Source of the DNA: Candidatus Bathyarchaeota archaeon
GTDB taxonomy: Archaea; Thermoproteota; Bathyarchaeia; Bathyarchaeales; Bathycorpusculaceae
Assembly: GCA_963768425.1 (NCBI GenBank)
Contig: CAVYHV010000029.1
Span: 1-64,000 of the forward strand
Length of the DNA stretch: 64,000 nucleotides
Reading direction: 5' to 3'
Notes under the pieces: generated by a model
The model's input: the letters and a program-made list of their open reading frames with translations, nothing else
Told to the model about the DNA's origin: nothing
Databases searched by the model: none
Position numbers and translations under genes: made by a program
In this document: positions 1 to 10,985 of the stretch, one piece after another
Layout: each line of letters begins with the position of its first letter
Numbering within the stretch: the first letter of the stretch is position 1

Positions 1-3000
1 GAATCCATGATTACAAACACAACGGCAACAAACATGTCCGTAAATGCCACTTTTACTCAGCTAGGATCCATGGGCTTTTGCCGCGGATGCAGTGCAACTG
101 ATCACTCCTTCAACCAACACTCTGACGCTTTCGCCTAATAGCGGTCCTGTTGGTCAGACATTTACCGTCTCTGGAAGTGGTTTTGCAGCTAACTCTCCGC
201 TTTTAGCAACGTTTGCAGGCTCGATAGTACCTTTCAGCTTTACTACCACCGCTTCGGGGAATATCCCAGCTGGCGCCACAATTACAGTCCCTGCAGGTTC
301 AACCTCTGGTAGCAAACAAGTTGAAGTCGTCGATAGTAAGTTCAATTATGCTAATGGCACTTTCACAGTTAACTCGCCTGGCATAACTGTGAGTCCACCG
401 AACGGCGCCGTTGGCACATCAGTAACGGTGACAGGTACTTACTTTGTTTCTTCTGCAACTATTACTCTCAACCTCAACGGAAATCCTCTAGCAACGACTC
501 CCTCTATTGTTACTACGAACGCCGCCGGAGGTTTTTCGGCAACTTTTGTAGCTGCTGGTACGGCAGGTGTTCAGACAGTTTCGGCGACTGACGGAGTTAA
601 TTCTGCGAATACCGTTTTCACTATCACTCCTTCAATTACGATCACACCTGCAAGCAGTCCTAAAGGCTCTCAAGTTGCAGTATCGGGAACGGGCTTTGCT
701 GCCAATTCAGCTGTTACTTTAACATTTGCTGGGCAACCGATTTTGACTTCTCCAGGGACAATAGGTACGGATGTAACTGGCTCATTCTCCGGTGCAACAT
801 TTGTTGTTCCAACCTCATATACTGGTGTTCAGACAGTTGTTGCAACGGACACTAACCATAATTCTGGCTCATTTTCTTTCACCGTCGCCGCCGCAACGAT
901 ATCTCTGAGTCCCGCCGGCGGACCAGTCGGCACAACCGTTACAATAACGGGAGGTACCTTCGTGGCCTCATCTTCAATAACAATAGACTTTGACGGAGTA
1001 GCAGTCGCCACTACCCAAGCCAACAGCCTTGGCCAAATCCCCTCAGGAGTAACATATCAAATACCAGTAACCACCGCCGGAGCTCACTCTTTCACAGCCT
1101 TTGACACAAGTTTAAACTCAGCCTTCGCCACTTTCACAGTTGCCCCCTCAATAACAATAACTAGCCCAACAAGTGCTTCGGGCGTCGTGGGTTCATCAGT
1201 AACTATCTCAGGTTTAGGCTTTGCAGCTAACTCGGGATTGACTGCAACACTAGGGCGGAACTTCCGTAATTCTTAGTGGTACAACAAGTACTACTGCCCT
1301 GGGTTCATTTGCCGCAGCGACGTTTACCGTTCCCTCTTCAACCGCCGGCAGCAATACTATAATTTTCTCAGATTCTGCAATTCCAACCCAAAATACCGCC
1401 TCCACCACATTTACTCTTCTACCATCAATCTCATTAGCCCCAAACAGCGGCAACGTCGGAACCACAATCACATTGTCAGGGTCCGGTTTTGCTGCCAACT
1501 CCCAAATAACCGTAAAATACGGCACGAACACAGTGACTACAAGCCCCGCTACAGTTACAACTTCCGCTTCAGGCGCTATTCCTTCAGGCGTCACCTTTAC
1601 TGTTCCAGCTTCCACGGCTGGCGTCAACACAGTTACTGCAACTGATCAAAGCTCCAACACAGGATCTGCCCAATTCACAGTGATTCAAGCCATTACTCTA
1701 AGCCCAACGAGCGGAAACGTCGGCTCGACAGTCACTGTTTCAGGAACAGGTTTTGCTACCTCCTCAATAGTAACAGTAAGTTATAATGGAGTCGCACAAA
1801 CTTATCCGACTTCTAACAACGTCGGCTCATTTGCCGCAGTATTTGCTGTTCCTTCCTCAGTGCACGGAGTTTACACCGTCCAAGCTTCTGACAGCAGCGG
1901 CAATACTGCGTATCGCTTCGTTTACGGTGACTTCCGGCATTACTTTGAGTCCAACCAGTGGTGTTGTAGGTACAACCGTTACTGTTTCTGGTAGTAGTTT
2001 TGCCGCTTCTTCGACAATTACGATAAAGTTTGCTGGCGTTACCCAGATGACCATTCCGGGTACAGTAACAACTAGCAGTTCAGGTTCATTCTCTGGCGTG
2101 ACGTTTACAGTTCCTGCATCAGCCGGCGGTCCTCAAACGGTCTCTGCCACTGACGGTAGCGGTAACACTGGATCAGCTACGTTTACTGTAACTGCTATTA
2201 CTTTGACTCCAACTACTGGTGCTGTGGGTTCAACGGTTACTTTGACGGCTACTGGCATGCTTGCTTCGCATTCGGTGACGGCTATTTTCGGTGGCACAGC
2301 AGTTACTTTGAGTCCCTCAACCACGACTTCAACGGGCAGCTTGTCTGCTACGTTTACTGTTCCTGCTTCAACTTCGGGCAGTAAGACGGTTACTTTGACT
2401 GATGGCGTTAATTCGCCTACGGCAGCGTTTACGGTGACTTCTTCTATTACTTTGAGTCCTACTACTGGGTTGTTGGTTCGACGGTTACTGTTACTGCTAC
2501 TGGTATGCTTGGTTCTCATGCTGGTTGTACGGCTACTTTTGGTGGTACGGCGGTTACTTTGAGTGCTTCAACTACGACTGCTACGGGCGGCTTGACGGCT
2601 ACGTTTACTGTTCCTGCTTCGACCTCTGGCAGTAAAACGGTTAGTTTGAGTGATGGTACGAATTCCCCAACTGCTTCGTTTACGGTGACTTCTTCTATTA
2701 CTTTGAGTCCTACTACTGGGATTGTTGGTTCGACGGTTACGGTTACTGCTACTGGTATGCTTGGTTCTCATGCTGGTTGTACGGCTACTTTCGGTGGTAC
2801 GGCGGTTACTTTGAGTGCTTCAACTACGACTGCAACGGGTGGCTTGACGGCTACGTTTACTGTTCCTGCTTCGACTTCTGGCAGTAAAACGGTTAGTTTG
2901 AGTGATGGTACGAATAGCCCAACTGCTTCGTTTACGGTGACTTCTTCTATTACTTTGAGTCCTACTACTGGGATTGTTGGTTCGACGGTTACGGTTACTG

Positions 3001-3454
3001 CTACTGGTATGCTTGGTTCTCATGCTGGTTGTACGGCTACTTTCGGTGGTACGGCGGTTACTTTGAGTGCTTCAACTACGACTGCAACGGGCGGTTTGAC
3101 GGCTACGTTTACTGTTCCTGCTTCGACTTCTGGCAGTAAAACGGTTAGTTTGACTGATGGCACTAATTCGCCACGGCAACTTACACGGTGACTGCTTCTA
3201 TTACTTTGAGTCCGACTTCCGGCGGTTCTGGCATAACCGTGACTGTAACTGGTTCCGGTTTTGCCGCTTCATCTCAAATAACTATCACATACAATGGAAT
3301 TACTCAGACGACCAATCCAACAACTGTCACTACAACTTCTTCTGGAACGTTCAGCTGTACATTCACTGTTCCTACTGAGGGGACTCATACCCGTACGGTT
3401 ACTGCTACTGATCTTTCATCCAATTCTGCTTCGGCCACTTTCCAGCACTCTTGA
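1..3454 (+). CDS. Large Ser/Thr/Gly-rich surface protein with tandem ~84-aa Ig-like (IPT/TIG-type) repeats; 5' end outside window; split by ~4 frameshifts
   Basis: Overlapping ORFs 92-1276, 1473-1994, 1786-2562, 2505-3191 and 3188-3454 all repeat the unit ITLSPxSGxVGxTVTVxGxGFAAxSxITxxFxG...FTVP...G..TVTATD...A.FTV. Frame breaks near 1252, 1910, 2470 and 3175. Confidence 0.85.
2429..3210 (+). repeat. Three near-identical ~252-bp tandem intragenic repeats (84 codons each)
   Basis: tttacggtgacttcttctattactttgagtcctactactggg recurs at ~2429, ~2679 and ~2931, with a diverged start of a fourth unit at ~3183. Confidence 0.95.
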
Positions 3455-3548
3455 TAGCCATTGCACCAAGCACAAATACAGGAGTTGTGAATTTGAAGTT
3501 TACACGGTTTATATTGACTCTACGGGAATTAATTTTGGAGACGCTAAC

Positions 3549-5168
3549 TTGAAGCTATGGAAACCAAAGGGTAAACAGGAGCAACAGCAAAAACCAGCCG
3601 ATAATGTGGCAATGATAGATGAGGAAACACCTGGCCCCGCCGTAGAAGCTTCAACGGAAACTTCCGGAGTATCAGATGTCGCTGAAACTTACAAGGAGCA
3701 TTATCCTCTTTTAGTCCCATTCTCTTATGCTGCCATCGTTGAAGACGAAAAAAACGATGTAAAATACACAGTTTTAGAACCAACATTAACTGAATCGGAC
3801 AAGCTATCGTTAACTGAATTAAAGAACATCCTTTGGGATGAACTTTCAGTTAACCTTAAAAACCTCAAGGACCAGCAGGCAGCAGAAGACTATTTAAAAT
3901 ACAAAATTCTGGAAACAGCAGTTAAATATAACACTAGTGTTGACAGCAAAACACTGGGAAAATACCAGTATTACATTACCCGCGACTTTATGGGTTTTGG
4001 AAAAATAGATGGAATAATGAGAGACGAAAACATAGAAGACGTCTCCTGCGACGGAGTCAACTCTCCAGTATTCGTCTGGCACCGCAAATACGAATCCATC
4101 CCATCCAACATAATGTTCGACACGCCGCAAGAACTGGAAAACTTCGTTTTCAAACTAGCTTACCTTTGCGGAAGGCACATTTCAATCGCGCAACCCATCC
4201 TTGATGGAACTTTAAATGATGGTAGCCGAGCCCAAGTAACTTATGGAACAGAAGTAACCCCTAAAGGCAGCACATTTACAATAAGAAAATTCAAGAAAAG
4301 CCCTCTCACCATCACAGACCTTATAATATACAAAGCTTTGTCAACTGAAATAGCCGCATATTACTGGTTTATCATAGAAAATAGGCACTCAGTCATGATC
4401 GGCGGCGACATCGGCGGAGGAAAAACCTCAATGTTAAACGCCGTTAGCCTATTCATTAGACCAACACTAAAGATAGTCAGCATAGAAGACACACAAGAAA
4501 TACGCTTGCCGCACAAAAACTGGGAAATGATGGTCACAAGACAAGGCTTGGGAACAGGCGCTGGAGCAATGGGTGAAGCCGGAATCGGCAGCATCAGCAT
4601 GTTCGACCTACTCAGAGCGGCACTCAGGCAAAGGCCAGACTTTATCATTGTAGGCGAAATCAGAGGCGAAGAAGCCTACGCACTATTCCAGGCTATGGCC
4701 ACTGGACACTTAGGCTTAACAACGATACACGCTGAAAACGTGCAAGGTGTCTTACACAGGCTAACAACAAAACCCATGATGATCCCGCACACACAAGTGG
4801 AAAACTTGAACACTATTTCAATCGTCCGTAGGCTAGTCGTGAACAACGTTTCTTTAAGACGAACCATAAGCGTTTCAGAAATGGTTGGTTGGAACAAAGA
4901 AAAAGACGACTTTGAAGTTAAGGAAATATTTACTTGGGACGCAGAAAAGGACATTTACGTAAGAACAGGTAGAAGTCCACTGCTAGATAAAATAGCTGCG
5001 CAATGGGGATACGCACCAGAAGAAATTGATGAAGAACTAAAAATCAGACAAACAATTCTCGATTACATGGTAAGAAAACACGTACGCTCATACGAAGACG
5101 TTTCAAAACTGGTCCTAGATTACTTCTCAAATCCAGAGCAGGTATACAGAAAAGCAAAAGTGAGTTAA
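3549..5168 (+). CDS. Type IV pilus/type II secretion assembly ATPase (PilB/ArlI/VirB11 family)
   Basis: IEDVSCDG, TFTIRKF, Walker A GGDIGGGKTS, SIEDTQE, LRQRPDFIIVGEIRGEEA, TGHLGLTTIHA. Likely TTG start at 3549 after GGAG (ORF track starts at 3294). Confidence 0.92.
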   Translation: MKLWKPKGKQEQQQKPADNVAMIDEETPGPAVEASTETSGVSDVAETYKEHYPLLVPFSYAAIVEDEKNDVKYTVLEPTLTESDKLSLTELKNILWDELSVNLKNLKDQQAAEDYLKYKILETAVKYNTSVDSKTLGKYQYYITRDFMGFGKIDGIMRDENIEDVSCDGVNSPVFVWHRKYESIPSNIMFDTPQELENFVFKLAYLCGRHISIAQPILDGTLNDGSRAQVTYGTEVTPKGSTFTIRKFKKSPLTITDLIIYKALSTEIAAYYWFIIENRHSVMIGGDIGGGKTSMLNAVSLFIRPTLKIVSIEDTQEIRLPHKNWEMMVTRQGLGTGAGAMGEAGIGSISMFDLLRAALRQRPDFIIVGEIRGEEAYALFQAMATGHLGLTTIHAENVQGVLHRLTTKPMMIPHTQVENLNTISIVRRLVVNNVSLRRTISVSEMVGWNKEKDDFEVKEIFTWDAEKDIYVRTGRSPLLDKIAAQWGYAPEEIDEELKIRQTILDYMVRKHVRSYEDVSKLVLDYFSNPEQVYRKAKVS

Positions 5169-5170
5169 CG

Positions 5171-6052
5171 ATGAAGCTCGAACCCTGGACCACTGCTTAC
5201 CAGAAACTTGGCAAAAAACTAGAAAAAATATACCCGCAATTTCAAGAGTTACATATTCAACTAAAAAAAGGAGGCGTGCTAATAGCATTCAAAGCATACG
5301 TCGCCTTCATGGTCCTAACCTCTATAATCGCTTTCATAATTGCTTTTCCCGTATCTTTCGCAGTTATTCCTTTTTTAATGAAAATCCCATTCTTTTCGGC
5401 AACAAATTTCGTTTTCAGTTTAGCAGCTGCAGCCGTAGCGGCGTTGGCAGCCCTTATGTTAATGTACATGTATCCTGGAATAAAGGCAAACAACAGGAAT
5501 ACGCCAATAGACAAGAATTTGCCTTACCTATCAAACTTCCTCACTCTACTATCAAGCTCAAATGTTCCACCTAGCGTTATTTTCGAATCAGTTGCAAAAA
5601 TTGACACACTCAAAGAGTCCCGCCTAGAATTCAGCAACATCATTAGAGACATCGAAATCTTCGGTAACGATTTAATGTCTTCAATCTTAGAAAATGCCAA
5701 ACTGACACCAAATGATTCACTTCGAGAACTACTAACTGGTTACGTAGCGACAGTAAGAACGGGCGGAAACCCAACCGAATACCTCAAAGTTACGTCTGAC
5801 AAAATAACTCAGCAAAGAATGACAAAACTAGATGCAATGTTAGAATCGCTATCGGCAATGGCGGAAATATACATCATGCTTCTAGTCGCGGCTCCCTTGC
5901 TGTTCTCCGTTCTATTTGTAACCTTAGGCATGATAGGCAGCGGAACAGTTGGAGGTCTAAGCATGGCATCCCTCCTTTACCTGATGGTCTACATTGGAAT
6001 CCCAATATTGGGTGTTACACTAATGGTTATTATGTCATCATTAGAAAAGTGA
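5171..6052 (+). CDS. Type II secretion system F / PilC-TadC family membrane platform protein
   Basis: TM segments flanking a T2SSF domain (IDKNLPYLSNFLTLLSSSNVPP...FSNIIRDIEIFGNDL...TPND). Directly follows the ATPase. Confidence 0.88.
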   Translation: MKLEPWTTAYQKLGKKLEKIYPQFQELHIQLKKGGVLIAFKAYVAFMVLTSIIAFIIAFPVSFAVIPFLMKIPFFSATNFVFSLAAAAVAALAALMLMYMYPGIKANNRNTPIDKNLPYLSNFLTLLSSSNVPPSVIFESVAKIDTLKESRLEFSNIIRDIEIFGNDLMSSILENAKLTPNDSLRELLTGYVATVRTGGNPTEYLKVTSDKITQQRMTKLDAMLESLSAMAEIYIMLLVAAPLLFSVLFVTLGMIGSGTVGGLSMASLLYLMVYIGIPILGVTLMVIMSSLEK

Positions 6053-6888
6053 TCGCTATGAAAGTAACTAACAGAACAATAAAACGATTAACGATAATTT
6101 CTACTTTAGCAGCGGCCACTTTCTTTGTAATAGCGCTAATATTCTACGTCCTTTCTCCCACACTCGATTACATGATTGTGATAGCCATTGCAATAGGTGT
6201 CGTTCCTCCCAGTATAACACAAGTAATTCATAACAGATGGAAAACCAAAATTGAAAAAGCAACGCCGGAATTCCTACGAGATTTAGCGACTGCATCACGG
6301 ACAGGCATACCCTTGCAAGTAGCTTTAGAACATGCCTCAAAACGAATGTACGGGCCCTTAACTGGCGAACTACAAATATTAGTCGCACACATGAGCTGGG
6401 GCATGAACTTTAACGATGCCCTAACTGAATTTAGCGATAGACTTGATTTACCCCTAATCAAAAGAGCAACAGTCTTAATCAACGAAGCTGGAAAACACGG
6501 TGGAGACCTTAGCAACATCTTCGACTCAACCGCAAAATACCTAGAAAACATGAACGGTTGGAACGAAAAAAGAAGAATGCAGACATTTCCATACGTAGCC
6601 ATATTCTACTTTTCAGTATTCATGTTTCTATTCATAATCATCGTTATCTCAAAAATGATGTTTGCCCCATTGTCCCACACATCTACTTCAGGCGCTGCTT
6701 CTTTCATAAAGCCAATTCTAACAGAGTCAGAATCACGTGGGCTGTTCTTCCATGGAGCCCTGTTGGAGTCACTGTTTGGAGGTCTAATCGCAGGAAAAGT
6801 AAATGAAGACTCTTTTCTCGACGGACTAAAACATGTAGCAGTACTTGCAATTGCGACAGGAGTGGCATTCTACTTCTTCCTCCCATAA
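6049..6888 (+). CDS. Second T2SSF / PilC-TadB family membrane protein
   Basis: IEKATPEFLRDLATASRTGIPLQVALE...YGPL...WGMNFNDAL, and C-terminal GLIAGKVNE.SFLDGLKH motif. Confidence 0.88.
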   Translation: MIAMKVTNRTIKRLTIISTLAAATFFVIALIFYVLSPTLDYMIVIAIAIGVVPPSITQVIHNRWKTKIEKATPEFLRDLATASRTGIPLQVALEHASKRMYGPLTGELQILVAHMSWGMNFNDALTEFSDRLDLPLIKRATVLINEAGKHGGDLSNIFDSTAKYLENMNGWNEKRRMQTFPYVAIFYFSVFMFLFIIIVISKMMFAPLSHTSTSGAASFIKPILTESESRGLFFHGALLESLFGGLIAGKVNEDSFLDGLKHVAVLAIATGVAFYFFLP

Positions 6889-6951
6889 CGAAACAAGACT
6901 TAAATCAAGCCACTATAGATAAAATAATAAAAACCTTGGAAGACGCGAAAA

Positions 6952-8163
6952 ATGAAGAAAAACAATGAATCAATCTTTGAAACAAGAAGCAGTGACATAC
7001 AGTTCACAGCAGCCAAAACTTCAGTGCAGAACACAGAAACCATGCAAACTTTGGAATTAAACGATAAGATAGAGCTGGAGCGAAGAGAGGCCTACATTGA
7101 ACCTAAAACACGTAACCTCCTAAGAGAGCTAATTCAATGTGAAGATAAAGATCAGATAATCCCAAAATACAATCCGGCATCAGGTTTTGTTTATCAACTA
7201 GCAGAACAAAAAACCGACGGATCAGAGAACAGTTATCTTTCAAAAGACTTCCTGGAAAATCTGGCAAGACTAGATATACTTAACAAAAGTTTTTATGATT
7301 CAGTATCGGTTTGTCCAAGTTGCTCTTCGACTATAATCACACTTCATAGTCGATGTCCAAAATGCAAAAGCCACAACATTGACAAGACAAGTCTAATGGA
7401 ACATATCCCCTGTGGCTTCATTGATCAGAGAAACGAATATGTTGGTAACATTTGCCCAAAATGTGGCGAGCGGCTGATAGAAGGACAATTTAGAAACATG
7501 GGTCGCTGGTTCATTTGCAGAGATTGCAGCGAAAGATTCGAAGATCCTGAATATGATCTAAACTGTCGAAGCTGCGGTAAAGACTTCACAATTAAAGAAG
7601 CTCAACTGTCAGAGGTACCTAAGTTTTCTCTGAACCTAAAAAGAAAAAGAGAAATCAGGCAGAATGTTGCTAGCTTGGAAAGCTTTAGGGAACTTTTGGT
7701 GGGTCTAGGCTTCAGTGTTGAAATACCAGGACTTGCAACGGGCGAAAAAAGTGGAATGCAACATCACTTCAGCCTCATCGCTAAGAAACAAGTCAAAGGT
7801 CAAGATATGATTATAGCTCTCGATCATGCAGTTAGCGAACCTGAAGTTTCTTCCTCACCGCTGATCCTCTACATCTACAAAACGTCCGAAGTGAAGGTTG
7901 ACATCCCGATTTTTGTCGCTATGCCTGCCATAAACGAAACAGCTAAAAAAATTGCTCAGGGACATGAAATTCTGTTGATAGAAGGATCAGCTGAAGAAAA
8001 AGAGGTAATAGAAAAAATAAAATCCCAAATTGAGTCGAAAATAGAAATGAAGCTAATTGAAGCTGAAATGAAAGAAAAAATGAAAAACCAAAAAGGCTCA
8101 AAGAACTCGTTTATCGACAAATTAGGAAAAATAACTGATTTGGGGAAAAAACCAAAAAACTAA
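6952..8163 (+). CDS. Multi-CxxC metal-binding protein (TackOD1-like) with a C-terminal PD-(D/E)XK-like fold region
   Basis: CPSC, CPKC, HIPC, CPKC, CRDC and CRSC motifs, followed by GxSGxxHxFSLIA as in degenerate restriction-endonuclease-like domains. Confidence 0.6.
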   Translation: MKKNNESIFETRSSDIQFTAAKTSVQNTETMQTLELNDKIELERREAYIEPKTRNLLRELIQCEDKDQIIPKYNPASGFVYQLAEQKTDGSENSYLSKDFLENLARLDILNKSFYDSVSVCPSCSSTIITLHSRCPKCKSHNIDKTSLMEHIPCGFIDQRNEYVGNICPKCGERLIEGQFRNMGRWFICRDCSERFEDPEYDLNCRSCGKDFTIKEAQLSEVPKFSLNLKRKREIRQNVASLESFRELLVGLGFSVEIPGLATGEKSGMQHHFSLIAKKQVKGQDMIIALDHAVSEPEVSSSPLILYIYKTSEVKVDIPIFVAMPAINETAKKIAQGHEILLIEGSAEEKEVIEKIKSQIESKIEMKLIEAEMKEKMKNQKGSKNSFIDKLGKITDLGKKPKN

Positions 8164-8360
8164 ATTAATCTGCAACCTAATCCGCTGAATCCAATAATCA
8201 ATCGGGGATAAAAAAGTCCAATAACTGTTAACTTGCCTCGTTTTTCATCATTTAAACAATATTGGACAAGGAATTTTCAAACTAAAAAAAGCTTCAAAAT
8301 TAGCAAACTAGATGCGGAAATAGGAAAATCAGGTGAAATGGAATTTGGGCGATTCCGTTT

Positions 8361-8778
8361 TTAGATGACTGTTTTTAGTCCCGAGGTTTCGTAGTTTTTG
8401 CGTATGTTGTTGATGTTTTCTTCAAACGATGTGTCCATGACAATCCATTTTGAAAGTGACCACTCACATTCAGGCCATTCCACGTTTGCTTGCAGCTTTG
8501 GAATTAAGGTTTTGCATGAACTTGCGTTCGAGGCGGCATGCGCCCAAACCAAAGATCTTGTGGATTATGTTGCAGAATTTTGCAATATTTTTAGGAATAT
8601 CTTTCTTTGGTATATTAAAGTCCACTTCTAAATGCTGATAAAATGCGTTCTTGACCGGTAGACCTAGCGATGTCAAAACCTCATCAATCGCTTGAACTAA
8701 AACGTCATCAAACTGCTCCTGCCTGGACTTCATGACTAAGCTTGAGGCTATTCTCTTCTCGAGTTTCTTTTCCTGCAA
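8361..8778 (-). CDS. DUF3227/NitrOD5-like small helical protein (frameshift ~8505)
   Basis: AIDEVLTSLG...FYQHLE..FNI....IP.NI.KF...I.KIFG.GA..LE pattern. ORFs 8470-8778 and 8361-8552 join. Confidence 0.55.
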
Positions 8779-9251
8779 TGGAATTGAAGGGACTGCTGCT
8801 TGTGTTTTCCAAGTTTAAGTAAATTCTTTCTGTTTCTTGATTTTCTGAGAGTGAACCTGCCATCAGTTTTTCCTTCTACACCATCTTAAGCTTCTTTTAC
8901 AGTTATACCTTGTTAATTGCTGATATTGATTTGAAATAAGATATGAGTCTGTAGTGTATATAAACATTTAAGATTTAATACGCGTGGATGCAAGAGTACA
9001 ACACATAAACAGAATAATCACCAAAACGATCAATACCACATCAGAACGTCAATAGTGGAGCAAATACTGAAGGCGGGTCTGAGACTGATTATAGAAATTA
9101 ACAGTTACAGTTAAAGATTCATCACTGCAACATAGCGAAGTTGAAATATCCATTTCAATTGAAAAAGACAAAGAGACATTTCGGACGCAAGAAGACCGCA
9201 AAGTGAGGCTAATTTGACGAAAAAGACTTTTCTAACTCTCAACAATATAAC

Positions 9252-9614
9252 ATGCCCATCAAGGCGAGGAACATGAGTGAGACTGAAAAAGCCAAGGTTG
9301 CAGCAAAAGTTTTAGATGAGTTAAGCGTCAGTGGCAAAGACTTGTTCTTCGCAGAAAGAGGCACAGCTCGAGAGTTGATAGCCGTCAGAAAACTGTGGCT
9401 TAAAGGCAACAAGTCAAAACTAATGAAGATCGGTGTTGCCTTTATATTGTTTCCAGACCCTACCCCTGTGACGCCTGTTGTTGGTGCAAGCCTGATTACC
9501 GCAGGTTTAATTCAGAAAGAAATTCAGAAACGCGCTCTCCACATGGAAGACGTCAAAAAAGTCTTCGACAAAACACTAAGAGAAATTCAGATATCCAAAA
9601 ACAGCTTACAATGA
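9252..9614 (+). CDS. Hypothetical protein with a hydrophobic hairpin (IGVAFILFPDPTPVTPVVGASLI)
   Basis: 120-aa ORF with protein-like composition. Confidence 0.6.
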   Translation: MPIKARNMSETEKAKVAAKVLDELSVSGKDLFFAERGTARELIAVRKLWLKGNKSKLMKIGVAFILFPDPTPVTPVVGASLITAGLIQKEIQKRALHMEDVKKVFDKTLREIQISKNSLQ

Positions 9615-9775
9615 AGTTTCTTGTGCAACCAGCTTCGGGGAAGAACTCACCTCTCAATACGTAACCTTACATGTAATGCGCCATAACCGGAGCTTGACAA
9701 GGAACTTTAAACGTGTTTAAATTAGTCGGCAATCGACTTAGGGTTCCCTCGTAGATTTCTTTTGCGGCTTTTATG

Positions 9776-10384
9776 TTAGGCTACGAAGTGGGTTACACCC
9801 GTGAGGATGTACTGGACAGCGATTGCGGCGATAAGCAAAGCCATAACCCTCGCGATTACTATGGAGCCGGTTTTGCCTAAGATCTTGTAGAAGCCATTTA
9901 TGAACCGAAGAATAACCCATGTCAGAGCCAGCACGAAAACAACTGCCAGAATCGTTATGATGGTGCCGTAGGATTGAAGGTTAAATATGGTTGTGGTGAT
10001 GGCTCCCGGTCCAACAAGCAACGGAATAGCGATTGGGACTGCACCTAAACTTTCAGGAGATTCAGTGCTACTTTCATGAAAGCCAGAAATCAAAATTCTG
10101 ATGGCGATAATTAAGAGTAAGATGCCGCCTGCAACCTCAAAACTGTAGATTGACAGGCCAAAGAGTGATAGAATTTCTTGACCTGTAAACGAGAAGACCA
10201 AAAGCAGTGCGAAGCCGACTAGGATGGCGGTGTTGTAGGTTTTTTTCCTCTGGGCGTCTGTGATGTTTTCGGTTAGACCTACGAAGATGGGGATGTTGCC
10301 GAAGGGATCAACGATTATGAATAATGCTACGAAAGCTCTTGTTAGTTCTGAGATGAAATCCAAACTGGCAATCTCCGCAGGCAT
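9776..10384 (-). CDS. marC: MarC family membrane protein
   Basis: LFIIVDPFGNIPIF, AGGILLLIIA and VPIAIPLLVGPGAITT signatures. Confidence 0.93.
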   Translation of the reverse strand: MPAEIASLDFISELTRAFVALFIIVDPFGNIPIFVGLTENITDAQRKKTYNTAILVGFALLLVFSFTGQEILSLFGLSIYSFEVAGGILLLIIAIRILISGFHESSTESPESLGAVPIAIPLLVGPGAITTTIFNLQSYGTIITILAVVFVLALTWVILRFINGFYKILGKTGSIVIARVMALLIAAIAVQYILTGVTHFVA

Positions 10385-10510
10385 GCTAGTTTAAACGCGA
10401 ATTGAATAAAAGGTTAGCGCTCACTTTTCAGAAAGAAACTGCTAGAAGCAGGCTGGGAAGCGTTTAAGGTGGGTGGAAAGCTACTTATCTTATTCCCGAT
10501 AATGGTTGCC

Positions 10511-10969
10511 ATGGAGCTGGCTTAAATCAGCGAAACCATAGAATTCCCCAAAACCTTCACAATCATAGGAAACATCGCTTTAGCTGTCTGGATAATACTC
10601 GACTCGCTGGGTATCCTGCTTATCAGCATCGCCTGGGGCGCCGCATTCCTCATCATCCTGCTCTTCGGCGTCTACGGTGTACTCAAGTTTTTGGGTTGCT
10701 TGCGCCCCTGCTACAACTGCAAAAAATGCACTTTCGGCATGGGTAGACTAGCCGCACTGTACTTTGGCAAACGCAGCCTCAAAGACTACAAATATACCTA
10801 TCACCTACCCGTCGCCATCTTCTATTACGCCCTACTCGGACCCTTGCCAGCCGTAATCCTGCTCACCTCGACCGTTCAAGCATTTGCAACCGCAAAAATT
10901 GCTGTCCTACTTTGTCTCACCGCATTCTCGGCATTCAGCGCCCTAACATGGCGTAGCCAAAAATCGTAG
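10511..10969 (+). CDS. Membrane protein with a CxxCxxCxxC cluster; in-frame TAA at 10523 (probably an error)
   Basis: The frame is open and hydrophobic from 10526 into ORF 10691-10969 (GCLRPCYNCKKCTFG). ATG at 10511 is in the same frame. Confidence 0.55.
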
Positions 10970-10985
10970 CGGCTAATTGTTAATG

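Noticed and set aside
10511-10530. Stop-codon readthrough or recoding at an in-frame TAA
   Set aside because: A single instance of a non-recoded codon type; a base error or an alternative start is simpler.
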